Shown here: positions 1-9,390 of the stretch, in pieces
How the letters are laid out: each line of letters opens with the position of its first letter
Numbering within the stretch: position 1 is the first letter of the stretch
Virus record (IMG/VR): IMGVR_UViG_3300036715_003541
Coordinates: 21,346 to 85,345 of that record
From: a virus
Length of the DNA stretch: 64,000 bases
Reading direction: 5' to 3' (one strand)
Notes under the pieces: model-generated
What the model was told of the DNA's origin: nothing
Database searches by the model: none
The model's input: only the letters and a program-made list of their open reading frames with translations
Program-made: the position numbers and the translations under genes

Positions 1-666
1 ACCGTAGAAGTAGAATAAAGCGTATGAATAGCTTTGTGAGGTAGCAACTGCACCAACTGGTGAGTTAAGAGCGGAAACCATTTTGCTTTGTGTGGTAACG
101 AGTGAACCAGATGTCTGGAACTCAACAAAACGACCAACTGCGACAGTTTCGAAAGCTGAACCAGATGTTGGGGTTAAAAGACCTGTACTTGTTGCATAGA
201 TTGCTGAACCTGCATCAATTGAGGTATTTGTTGGGACAAGACCTGTTGAAGCGTTGGTATCAACTGCATCAAGAGAAACTGCGTAAAGACCTTGTGTATA
301 CCAGCAGCTAACTTTTCCAGAAGCTAAGGCAGTGTGTGGTCCGAGAACCGCTCCACCTGTAACTTGTTGACCAACTGTTCCGCCAACTACTGTGCCGAAA
401 AGTGTGCCGTAACCAACAACACCGTCGTCAGATAACATGAGTGGGCGTTTGCCAGAGGTAAGAGTTCTTGTAGCAACTGTGCGTTTTGCAACACCAGATG
501 GATTGACATATCCATCTGCAGAATCATAAGCAGATTTATCGCTGCCAGATACTGCAACTGAAGTTAATGTGAGGATTTCGCCACCTTTGAGAGAAGAAAG
601 TTCGGAGTCAAGCATATCATATGAGTATGCAGTTGCACCGGCTGTTTGTACTAGTTTAAGAGCCAT
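1..666 (-). CDS. Capsid decoration/cement-like structural protein, running off the window edge (missing from ORF track)
   Basis: Hand translation from ATG 666 (AGGA RBS): MALKLVQTAGATAYSYDMLDSE...GPHTALASGKVSCWYTQGLYAV...YALFYFYG, open for 222 codons to base 1. Gly/Thr/Val-rich, with the SG(K/R)xxxW motif shared with 6922..7611. Confidence 0.7.
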   Translation of the reverse strand, partial: MALKLVQTAGATAYSYDMLDSELSSLKGGEILTLTSVAVSGSDKSAYDSADGYVNPSGVAKRTVATRTLTSGKRPLMLSDDGVVGYGTLFGTVVGGTVGQQVTGGAVLGPHTALASGKVSCWYTQGLYAVSLDAVDTNASTGLVPTNTSIDAGSAIYATSTGLLTPTSGSAFETVAVGRFVEFQTSGSLVTTQSKMVSALNSPVGAVATSQSYSYALFYFYG

Positions 667-753
667 TGTATATCCTAATTTGTTTTAATACTTACACCTA
701 AGAGAGAATACAATTAGATTATGATTTATTACCTGTTTTACTAAAAAAAACGA

Positions 754-1989
754 TTATTTTTTCATTTTTCTAAAAGATTCCAAGAAATCTGCCTTGTCAT
801 CAACCTTTTTTTCACTTAAATCATTTTTTTTAGATTGATATGTATTTAAAATCTCATCCAAATTATTACCTGGACTATGTGTGTCTTTATAAATATCAGT
901 TTTTACTTCTTTTACATCACCAAATATATTATCTTCTTGCTTTGATTGCTCAATTTTTTTCTCACCATAAGAACGCAAAGAAGAAAGTGTTTCTTTTAAT
1001 TCTGACATTTTTAACTTGAATGAATTTATAGATTGTACCATTTCATCAAAGTCACTTGTAAATAAAGAAAAATCTTTTGAATTCGGATTATGTAAATAAG
1101 GAACTTGATCCACATATTTTTGCAATTCACCAGTTTGCTTTATATTCGCTTCTTTGTATCCAGGTTTTGAGAAATTATCAATCATGTCATTAAACATTTT
1201 TTCTAATACATCAGAATACTTCAAATAATTTTCATACAACTTTACAGAAGTATCCATATTTGAACTTGAACTACTTAATAAAGAAAGTAATCTTTTACCA
1301 ATCTCAGTAATAGCTTTAGAGTTTTTTTCTATGCTTTTTGCTTGGGCTTTCAATGAATCAGAATATTCGTAATCAAAACCAAGTGTTGTTGAGCCTTCGT
1401 AAATATCTTTACAATCTGCTTCTAATTTGTCATACGCTTCTTCCATTGTATTTACAATAGGTGACATATGTGAAATAGCTGCACCAGCAATAACTGGTAA
1501 TACAACTGCTAAGCCAATTACCCATGGAGCAAATGCTTTTTTAACAATATTATTTTGATCAGCACAATGGTCAGCTAAAACTAACAAATCATCATGATTA
1601 CCATCATCCAATTTATTGGCTATTGTTAATAGATTTCTATACAAATTTTGCTTTGCCAATGAGTATTTCATTTTGACTTGAGATAAGTCACGTACTTTCA
1701 TTTGATTAAGAATAATATTTTGACGTTCCTTATCATTCTCAATTAAACCATTTAACTTTTCATGCGCCCTAAATTTTACAACAGATTCAGGGTGAGCTTC
1801 CTCAAGCATTGACTTCTTACGTTTTGATTGATACAACTTCTCAAGTCTTTCCATTGTATCCGAAGAACCACGGGGATCTTTTTCTAATGCTTTTTTAGAA
1901 TCCTCAGAAGTAAGTTCTTTTGCATTCGAAACAAGACCTGTTTCCAATGCGATTTTGCAATATTCATCAAATATATTGTATCTAGCCAT
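754..1989 (-). CDS. Putative internal head/ejection protein with hydrophobic segment
   Basis: 411 aa, AGGA RBS. Carries the AHP module, the helical hairpin motif (LLTIANKLDDGNHDDLLVLAD), and KKAF followed directly by APWVIGLAVVLPVIAGAAI. Confidence 0.55.
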   Translation of the reverse strand: MARYNIFDEYCKIALETGLVSNAKELTSEDSKKALEKDPRGSSDTMERLEKLYQSKRKKSMLEEAHPESVVKFRAHEKLNGLIENDKERQNIILNQMKVRDLSQVKMKYSLAKQNLYRNLLTIANKLDDGNHDDLLVLADHCADQNNIVKKAFAPWVIGLAVVLPVIAGAAISHMSPIVNTMEEAYDKLEADCKDIYEGSTTLGFDYEYSDSLKAQAKSIEKNSKAITEIGKRLLSLLSSSSSNMDTSVKLYENYLKYSDVLEKMFNDMIDNFSKPGYKEANIKQTGELQKYVDQVPYLHNPNSKDFSLFTSDFDEMVQSINSFKLKMSELKETLSSLRSYGEKKIEQSKQEDNIFGDVKEVKTDIYKDTHSPGNNLDEILNTYQSKKNDLSEKKVDDKADFLESFRKMKK

Positions 1990-2015
1990 AATTTTTCCTA
2001 TATTTTTATATGATA

Positions 2016-2972
2016 TTATCGAACTTCTTCTAAAACATTATCCATAAAATAATCAATTAGTAGGTTTTTACTATCAAATATTTCTGGTATCAATATGTTT
2101 TTATTCAATGTCTTTAAAGATGATTGCAAAATCATATTCTTTGCAACTTGAAATTCTTCGTTGTTAATAATTTGATTTTTTATCTTATCCAAATTATTAT
2201 ACTTCTCTTCTGCCAAATCTAATAAATACTGAGTAATACTAGCGTCAGTTGCGAGAATTGGAGCTGATCTAGCTGCAGTGCTAAAATATTTTTTATCTGT
2301 AAAGTTTCCATTGATAGGATATTTTGATTGTACAGCTGCAGGAACAGAAGTTTGTGGTTGATTTGGTTCTGTTACTTTTGAAATACCTTTACCTAATGCC
2401 TTACCAATAAGAGCAGAAAAGAAATGCTTAAAAAATGTTCGTAAACCTTGACTTAATAAAAATGAAGATATACCAGCTGTTTTATCTATTGAATAAATAT
2501 ACATTGCTGTTTTAAACCTTCTATGAATAGCGTCCAATTGCTCAATGGTTGAAGCTGTTGCTTCTAAAGGTAACTTCTCACCAATAGACTCATCTACAAT
2601 CTGAGAAATATCTTCATTTGATGGTTGTTTTTCTTGTTTTGCAAAAGAAAATATCTTTTTACAAATATTAGATACAATATCAAAAATATCTATATGAAAA
2701 ACCTCCAATAAAACACTTGTCAATAAAGAAAAAGCAGGGTTTATATTTGCAGCTTTAAAAATTAAAGAAATAACAGCTGGTTGCAATACTGCTTTTACAA
2801 CACTCCAGCCAGTTTCCCCTTTAAACCGCTCTTGTAAAAAAGAAGTAATATCTGATAATACCCCAGATGGAGAAATAGATATTTGGGCAAACTTATATAT
2901 TGGTTCATTAATATTTAATAAGTCAAATGCCACCTTTCTTTCATACTCATACAAATCAAATTCTTTTGTCAT
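2016..2972 (-). CDS. Putative internal head/ejection protein with hydrophobic/amphipathic helices
   Basis: 318 aa. KVAF, KFAQ, KTAM and KTAG sites; two apolar stretches. Confidence 0.5.
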   Translation of the reverse strand: MTKEFDLYEYERKVAFDLLNINEPIYKFAQISISPSGVLSDITSFLQERFKGETGWSVVKAVLQPAVISLIFKAANINPAFSLLTSVLLEVFHIDIFDIVSNICKKIFSFAKQEKQPSNEDISQIVDESIGEKLPLEATASTIEQLDAIHRRFKTAMYIYSIDKTAGISSFLLSQGLRTFFKHFFSALIGKALGKGISKVTEPNQPQTSVPAAVQSKYPINGNFTDKKYFSTAARSAPILATDASITQYLLDLAEEKYNNLDKIKNQIINNEEFQVAKNMILQSSLKTLNKNILIPEIFDSKNLLIDYFMDNVLEEVR

Positions 2973-4669
2973 ACAGGCTTCTCACTTCTAGCTGCAAAAT
3001 CATTTAAACTTCTTGATATTTGACCCATAAGTAAACGATTTTGACCAGCTGGTTTGTCTGTATCAAATCCCGTTTCACCAATTTGAGAATTAATATACTC
3101 AGATAATGCCCCAGATATGTTTCTTCCAGCCATTCTTTGTATTGCTCGTAATGTTTTTGATATAATTTGAACCAATTCATCGAGAGAAACAATAAGTGGT
3201 TGAAAATATTGCTTGTTTAATGAACTTGATGTGCTTTTTCCAGTTTGACCCTTATTATATACAGAGTTGAAAAAATTACTAAGAGAATTATAACCAAAAA
3301 TTCCTCCTAAATCAATTTCATCATCACCAAATACTCCAATTTTAGGAAGTTGACTGTAAATATTACTCAAAGAAGCATCAATCATTTGAGCATATTGACC
3401 TAAACCTATTTGTTTCAAAATATTCGAAAAATTACTTATATTTGTAAAGTTAATTACATTAAGTGATAAAGGTTTTGGCACATTTGCTGAAAATGTTTTG
3501 TTTAATAAACCAACATCTGCTGATTTACCAGATCCATTTTGTTGGGTGGCTGAAGGGGTTTGTTGTCCTTGTTGATTTTGTTGATTTTGTGTATTATTTT
3601 GTTGCGTAGCAGATAAACCTGTAATTTGTGTGGTTGGTATTGGACAATGACTTTGATTACGGATAATTTTATCCATAAATGAAAGATACATTTTGACACC
3701 TTTTGCTGCTGTAGCTAAAGATGGATTATTTGAAGAGCCAATAATTTGTTTTGATAAATACAAAGCTCTTAGATAAAAGTTTTGATATACTTGGCATCGC
3801 CACATATCAATACGTTCTAACTCAGGTGTACTTGGATTAAAGGGTACTTTTGGTGTTAAACCAGAGGCATTGATAAATGAATTAAATGCACCTTCATCTG
3901 AAATATCTTTAAGTGTAACCTTATGAGAAAATGCATTTAGTAATGCTGGTTTATCTTCTAATGCCGCCTTCATAACAACATCTAAGCCATCTTTTTCAAA
4001 GTTCTTTTGATCAATTTGTGTGGCATTAAATGCATCAATTACATAATCATCAGATTCATTTAGTAAATCTTGCTCTGATTTTTTATTATCTTCATCTTCA
4101 ATGGAGACTTTTGGTTGCAACACTTGATTTCCAGTTAATCTTGCTTCTGTATTAAAAGACTCAATGGATTTACCAATCATTGCTTTAAAAACAGGATTAC
4201 CTTCTCTAGCAGCTGTATCTCTAAATGCTGCTAAAGCTTCTTTGATTGTAGATTTATTCACCCAAAATTGATCTTTTACAGGTTGGCTTTGATCTGTACG
4301 AGCGCGATCGAATGTCATTGCATCAATCAATAGCCAATTTGTTCCAGGCGCGTTTTTTTGAGTTGCAGCCGAAATAGATAAAAGAGTTCCTTTGTATTGT
4401 ATTTGATTTTCAGCAAGCCAACGTATAAAATCACCAAAGTTTCTTAAATTTTCAACATTTAATGAAACGGGTTGACCGGATCCACTTGAAAAATAAGAAG
4501 ATACATCCGCAACTTGTTTACCAGTTACTTTGGATTTTAAATTGTTAACAAGTTCTTTTAATACAGTACTAGGGACAACTTCTGCTTGAGCAGATTGTCC
4601 CTCAGATTTCAAACCTATTGCTAGTAATTTATTTATTAAATCTGTTCTATCTAATTTGTTTAATTTCAT
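2969..4669 (-). CDS. Hypothetical virion-associated protein
   Basis: 566 aa, ATGA-coupled to both neighbours, Q/N-rich linker. Confidence 0.5.
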   Translation of the reverse strand: MKLNKLDRTDLINKLLAIGLKSEGQSAQAEVVPSTVLKELVNNLKSKVTGKQVADVSSYFSSGSGQPVSLNVENLRNFGDFIRWLAENQIQYKGTLLSISAATQKNAPGTNWLLIDAMTFDRARTDQSQPVKDQFWVNKSTIKEALAAFRDTAAREGNPVFKAMIGKSIESFNTEARLTGNQVLQPKVSIEDEDNKKSEQDLLNESDDYVIDAFNATQIDQKNFEKDGLDVVMKAALEDKPALLNAFSHKVTLKDISDEGAFNSFINASGLTPKVPFNPSTPELERIDMWRCQVYQNFYLRALYLSKQIIGSSNNPSLATAAKGVKMYLSFMDKIIRNQSHCPIPTTQITGLSATQQNNTQNQQNQQGQQTPSATQQNGSGKSADVGLLNKTFSANVPKPLSLNVINFTNISNFSNILKQIGLGQYAQMIDASLSNIYSQLPKIGVFGDDEIDLGGIFGYNSLSNFFNSVYNKGQTGKSTSSSLNKQYFQPLIVSLDELVQIISKTLRAIQRMAGRNISGALSEYINSQIGETGFDTDKPAGQNRLLMGQISRSLNDFAARSEKPV

Positions 4670-5748
4670 TTTATACCCATAGGTGCAGTTGATACTTGAG
4701 TTTGTTGCTCAAGCAAATCAATGTATTGTAAAAGAGTTGTTTTTATTTGCTCTCTTGTAAATGTTGGTTTAATCGCACCCGCACTCATAAGTATTTGTTG
4801 AAATTTATTTAAATCTAATAAAGCATCAACGGGTACATTTATACCATTTAAACCAATTGGCGCATATTGTTTGCCAGTACTAATATCTTTTTTGATTTTA
4901 TCAAATGCTTGTTGATTTATCTTGGATTCTGAGCCACCTGAAGTAATTGTAAACAAAGGTTGACGAGGACCTTGACCATCCACGCCAGAAGAAATATAAG
5001 ATTTTAAACCAGCACGATCCGCATAGTTAATAAAGTTTTGGAAATATTTCTTTAAAGCTTGTATAAAAGAAATTGCATATCCAGCTAATTTTTCTTGGTC
5101 TTTTGCTGGTGGCTTTTCTGCAGTGTTAAACTTCTCATAAATTGCTTTTAAATATTTTGTGGCACGTGGATCAAATTGAACTTCTGATTTACCTTCTAAA
5201 GCATCAATCGCGTTCTCTAAAGCATCACCAAACATAAAAATGATTTTAAGAGCATTTTGTGTGCGTGGTCCCCATACACCATCTGTAATGCTTTCAGATT
5301 TGTTTTTTGGTGAACCAATTTGTGTGAGGGTTTGTGCTAGATTTTTCCCTTCAATAAAAGATGTTCCACGAAGTTGTTTTGCAGCATACTCCATTTCATT
5401 TTCTTTTGATGTAAATTCTTGAGCATCAGAGCTTGTTTGTATATTTTGTGCACCAAGAAAGTTTTCATCAATCCAATCTAAAATTGCTGCTTTACCTTTA
5501 TCTAACTTTGCTTCATTTGGTTTTTCATTTTTATTACCAGAGGCATACATGATAAGATATTGCGCAAAAGATTGTATCTCTTTTTGCATTTCTTTTATTT
5601 TAGCAGATGCTGATATAATTTCTCCAGATTGTGAGTTTTGTGGGGAAAAAGAACTTGGAGCAATAGAATTTTGATTTGGAGCTTTTTTTGGAGCCCCAGC
5701 TATATCTGTAAAAGAAAACTGACCTGGTTTTTTATTGGCTGGTGGCAT
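4666..5748 (-). CDS. Hypothetical virion protein with peptidoglycan-binding-like motif
   Basis: 360 aa. DGVWGPRTQNAL matches the DGxxGxxT motif of PG_binding_1 domains. Confidence 0.55.
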   Translation of the reverse strand: MPPANKKPGQFSFTDIAGAPKKAPNQNSIAPSSFSPQNSQSGEIISASAKIKEMQKEIQSFAQYLIMYASGNKNEKPNEAKLDKGKAAILDWIDENFLGAQNIQTSSDAQEFTSKENEMEYAAKQLRGTSFIEGKNLAQTLTQIGSPKNKSESITDGVWGPRTQNALKIIFMFGDALENAIDALEGKSEVQFDPRATKYLKAIYEKFNTAEKPPAKDQEKLAGYAISFIQALKKYFQNFINYADRAGLKSYISSGVDGQGPRQPLFTITSGGSESKINQQAFDKIKKDISTGKQYAPIGLNGINVPVDALLDLNKFQQILMSAGAIKPTFTREQIKTTLLQYIDLLEQQTQVSTAPMGIK

Positions 5749-5756
5749 TTATATCC

Positions 5757-6884
5757 TCACAAATATGCGTTTTCTAATTTAACTAAGACACCTTCTAAAT
5801 ATGAAAACTTAGAATCAATCTTTTTTTGATTTACAGGTTGGTTTGAATTTAAATATCTATCCAACTCTTCCAAACGTGAAGTAATTAATGTATAAGATGG
5901 TTGAATAACATTATTATAATCTTTATCCCAAGGTGGCGACTTCATTTCTGCATCACCTTCTATAGCATTTTTAAAAGCAAGATATCTTTTCTTTAAAGCA
6001 GATAATCTAACTAAATTATTGCTGTTTATTTTAGAATCTTCTTTATCTTGCTTTACTTCATCATCTGTTTTGGTTAAACTTTCTGATTCAATTTTTTTAA
6101 CAATAGATTCACACCAATCAATTCTATGTGTGAATTCAGATTTTAATTTATCATACAATGCACGTCCATCAGAAGATAAATCATTTGCATCAAACCAATT
6201 ATTATACCAATCAGATTTTAATTTATTTTCAAATGATTTTATTTCATAAAGACTTGATAAAGTGATTGTACCAGATTTTGCAAATGAAATAATCTCATCT
6301 GCTTTTTTGCTGCAAGATAAAGCCACATCAGCTGCCTTACTAGAATCAGATGAGCTACTATCTGTTGAAATTAAAGAGCCCATAGATCGTATAATTTGAG
6401 CTATACCCACTAAATGTTGTGAAAGTATTTTTTTATCTTCAGAAAGAGTAGCATATTTAAACAAACTAGCAATAGCGGCTAATTTTGATTTTTTCTTTTT
6501 TTGTTCAACAGCTTTTAACATACTTTCTTGCACGTCATAAATATCATGAACTTCATAACCAGCAATTTCTGCAGATTTTGGATGTGCATCTTTAAAATAA
6601 TCTTCGTAAGATTTTATTTTTATGTTGTAAAGATTTTCCGCTTTTTTAAAAGCTAAAAAATTATCCTCAAGAACATCTGCTTCTATATGAAAGCCCTTGT
6701 CACGCAATCCGGCGCACAATTTGATAATATCACCGTCTTTATTATTTGTTGGTGTATAATCCTTTTTAACTTGCTCTAAAGAAGCTTGCTTTTGCAATTC
6801 AGGTTTGATCCAACCTTTTTTAAATGCAATTTTTTCAAGCTCTTTCATTACTTCTTCAGTATTGGAATTTGATTTGTGTGACAT
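5757..6884 (-). CDS. Putative internal head protein
   Basis: 375 aa. N-terminal region has KIAF, KQAS, KKAE, KLAA, KYAT, the hairpin motif (IIKLCAGLRDKGFHIEADVLE) and the AHP module. Confidence 0.55.
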   Translation of the reverse strand: MSHKSNSNTEEVMKELEKIAFKKGWIKPELQKQASLEQVKKDYTPTNNKDGDIIKLCAGLRDKGFHIEADVLEDNFLAFKKAENLYNIKIKSYEDYFKDAHPKSAEIAGYEVHDIYDVQESMLKAVEQKKKKSKLAAIASLFKYATLSEDKKILSQHLVGIAQIIRSMGSLISTDSSSSDSSKAADVALSCSKKADEIISFAKSGTITLSSLYEIKSFENKLKSDWYNNWFDANDLSSDGRALYDKLKSEFTHRIDWCESIVKKIESESLTKTDDEVKQDKEDSKINSNNLVRLSALKKRYLAFKNAIEGDAEMKSPPWDKDYNNVIQPSYTLITSRLEELDRYLNSNQPVNQKKIDSKFSYLEGVLVKLENAYL

Positions 6885-6921
6885 AAAATCCTATGATATT
6901 AATTTCTTATATTATGCTTGT

Positions 6922-7611
6922 TTAGTACCAAAGCAATTGTAAATTTGCGTTGAATGGACTTGGCGGACCAATTACCATACCCACTGGTGGATGATAAGGA
7001 CTTGCTTTTGCAGTTGTAAATTTTCCATTTCTACTAATATATAAGTTTGCGTTTACAAGATATTGTTGATTTGTTTCAAATTGATCTGTTTCTACCATCA
7101 TTCTTTGAAACCAAACTGTAATCCTACCTGATGCTGTTGAATCATCACCTGGCATATTTGGTATGTAATAAGTATAATTTACTACATTTTTTATAGAGTC
7201 ATAAGTTGTTCCAGATATGGAATAATTAAGAGGAGTTCCAGCTGGAAAAATAACCACACCATTCACTTCTTTTAATTGGCAACTAACAATTGAAAAGAAT
7301 GTATTTTTTAATATATTTGCATTATCCAAAGGATATGTTAAATCTCTTAATGTAACCGCCTCATTATTTGGACCTGTACCAATGGAATCACAAGGAACAA
7401 TAAAGCTTTCATTCCAAGCTGTAGATGTAAAAGCATTTGTACGTAGATCATCAATAATTCCAACTGGAGACAGACCATCAGATACCGTAGCCATTACGGT
7501 ATTTCCAACAACTGTAAGTTGAGCTGCTTGACCAGGCTGAAAAGATGCGGATGGGTCGCACGCAAAAGAATATGGAATTGCGTTTCCCGTTTCTAAAAGT
7601 CTAAAATGCAT
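6922..7611 (-). CDS. Capsid decoration/cement-like protein (paralog of 1..666)
   Basis: 229 aa, beta-rich. GDDSTASGRITVW and terminal PPVGMVIGPP; sits downstream of the protease/scaffold gene. Confidence 0.6.
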   Translation of the reverse strand: MHFRLLETGNAIPYSFACDPSASFQPGQAAQLTVVGNTVMATVSDGLSPVGIIDDLRTNAFTSTAWNESFIVPCDSIGTGPNNEAVTLRDLTYPLDNANILKNTFFSIVSCQLKEVNGVVIFPAGTPLNYSISGTTYDSIKNVVNYTYYIPNMPGDDSTASGRITVWFQRMMVETDQFETNQQYLVNANLYISRNGKFTTAKASPYHPPVGMVIGPPSPFNANLQLLWY

Positions 7612-7620
7612 AGCTTAACC

Positions 7621-8478
7621 TCAATATATTTTTTTATCCAATAAATCGCTGGCATCATCTTCTGATACAACAATACCTGGATCATCAGCATAAGATATAT
7701 CATCTGAATACATTTTTTTATCAAAAAGAGTTCCTGTTTGTTTTAAATTTTTTAGATATTTATTCACTTTTCCAGGTAATACTGATGGTGTGCGAGCAGA
7801 TTGTTCATCAAATGCTTTTGATAAAGAATCTTTTAAATCATCAAACTCAGTAAATTCTTTGCTGGATGGTGCTTGTTCTGGTTTATTATCCACAATTTTG
7901 CTACGACCAATAAAAGCGCTTGGATGACCATGTTCCAATATCTTTGTAAGAGTATGATTATCAATTCCAAGAGCACCGGAAATAATATCTAAAGAAAATA
8001 CCTTTCCATCTTCATTTTTTATTTCCTTACCAGCTGGCATGTTTACTGCACTGATATATCTTTTTAAAATAGAAAATAAAGCACGTGCACTTTCATGGTA
8101 CTCAGGATCCAATTTGTTTAAATTCTTCATATCTAAAACAATCCTGGAAGCGACTTTAAAATCTGTGTATACTTTGTGTGGAGTAAGACCAAGACGCTTT
8201 GTAAGCGAATCTGGACCTTCTAAAAAGCTAATGTACGCAGCTGCATGGCTAATGTCTTGAGCCCTTGTCATATCAGCAGCCATAACTTCTAATAAATAAG
8301 TCATACTTTCTGCTTCAGCGTATTTTTTTGACACTTCAAATTTATCACAATAATAAGCGACTTTTTTAAAAGTCTTCATATTTCTATCTTGCAATGATAA
8401 ATTTTGTTGTGCATTCTTCTTTAGATTTACTTGCATCTCCGCAATAAACTCATTTTCATCGAATTTAAATTTAAACAT
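7621..8478 (-). CDS. Putative internal head protein
   Basis: 285 aa, AGGA RBS. KNAQ, KVAY and a hairpin-like segment. Confidence 0.5.
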   Translation of the reverse strand: MFKFKFDENEFIAEMQVNLKKNAQQNLSLQDRNMKTFKKVAYYCDKFEVSKKYAEAESMTYLLEVMAADMTRAQDISHAAAYISFLEGPDSLTKRLGLTPHKVYTDFKVASRIVLDMKNLNKLDPEYHESARALFSILKRYISAVNMPAGKEIKNEDGKVFSLDIISGALGIDNHTLTKILEHGHPSAFIGRSKIVDNKPEQAPSSKEFTEFDDLKDSLSKAFDEQSARTPSVLPGKVNKYLKNLKQTGTLFDKKMYSDDISYADDPGIVVSEDDASDLLDKKIY

Positions 8479-8491
8479 ATGTTTTCCTAAT

Positions 8492-8533
8492 AAAAAACTC
8501 CTAGCAAAATGCTTTAAGATTGCTAGGAGTTTT
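8492..8533 (-). terminator. Rho-independent terminator
   Basis: Inverted repeat aaaactcctagcaa / ttgctaggagtttt with a U-tract on the minus strand. Confidence 0.75.
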
Positions 8534-8547
8534 AATTGTTTTAAAGA

Positions 8548-9327
8548 TTATTTTCTTTTTTCTTTTGATTTTTCAAGCATTTTCTTGGCTTTCGCTTCTT
8601 CTTCTTTTGCTTTTAAATCTAGTTTTTTCTTTTTGTCGCGGGCTGCCATCTCATCTTTTTTGGCTTTTTCTTTGGCAGCTTTTTCTTTTTCTTTTGCCTT
8701 TTCTTTAGCCATACGATCTTTTTCTTTTTGTTTTGCAGCTTTTTCTTTTTCTTTTAATTTAGCAGCTTTTTCTTTTTCTTTTTGATCTTTGTCATTTTTC
8801 TTTGCAGTAACAACAAACTCAGCTAATTCAAGTGCAGCTGTTGCTGTTTTAGAGAAATTCATATTATCTAAGGCTTCAGATGCAGCGATTAAATGAGCAA
8901 TTGCTGTGGAAGCGCAGGCACTTAATTCATCATCTGCCATTGCATAATCAGAACCCAATCGACCTTCTTCATCACGAATATCTTTGGAGTAATCTCCACC
9001 AATATCTTCCCCTTCATCTTCATCTTCAAAATCTACTGGGGTATCGTGAGATTTATCATAACTATGATCTTTGGCGGATTCACCAGATAAATCACAAAGT
9101 TCTTGCAATTTTTCTGTTGGTAGATCCATTAAAGAAACACGTAAAGCATCTAGTGCTTTGGATGGTGTTCCCATTTTTTTATAAGAATCCAAAATGCTTT
9201 CTACTAATTCTGCCGCACTTTTCTCACCATCTTCAAAGCTTGCTTTTTTGAATAATGATTTAAATTCTTTGCTGTTTAAAATTGTTTGCATATCGCGAGC
9301 TACTGTGTCGCCGTATTGATTTTTCAT
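8548..9327 (-). CDS. Putative internal head protein with Lys/Glu/Ala-rich (KEKEKAAK) tail
   Basis: 259 aa, GAGG RBS. Acidic middle, hairpin motif (LIAASEALDNMNFSKTATAAL), basic repetitive C-terminus. Confidence 0.6.
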   Translation of the reverse strand: MKNQYGDTVARDMQTILNSKEFKSLFKKASFEDGEKSAAELVESILDSYKKMGTPSKALDALRVSLMDLPTEKLQELCDLSGESAKDHSYDKSHDTPVDFEDEDEGEDIGGDYSKDIRDEEGRLGSDYAMADDELSACASTAIAHLIAASEALDNMNFSKTATAALELAEFVVTAKKNDKDQKEKEKAAKLKEKEKAAKQKEKDRMAKEKAKEKEKAAKEKAKKDEMAARDKKKKLDLKAKEEEAKAKKMLEKSKEKRK

Positions 9328-9353
9328 GTATAAGACCTCTTTTTAAAAATATT

Positions 9354-9383
9354 AAAAAATAAGGGCTAACCGAGGTTAGCCCT
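9354..9383 (-). terminator. Rho-independent terminator
   Basis: agggctaac-cgag-gttagccct stem-loop followed by a T-run on the minus strand, directly after the scaffold stop. Confidence 0.8.
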
Positions 9384-9390
9384 CATAATA

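Noticed and set aside
1-666. Major capsid protein
   Set aside because: Composition and motifs match the decoration-like paralog at 6922..7611. No HK97-fold capsid gene was recognised in the window.
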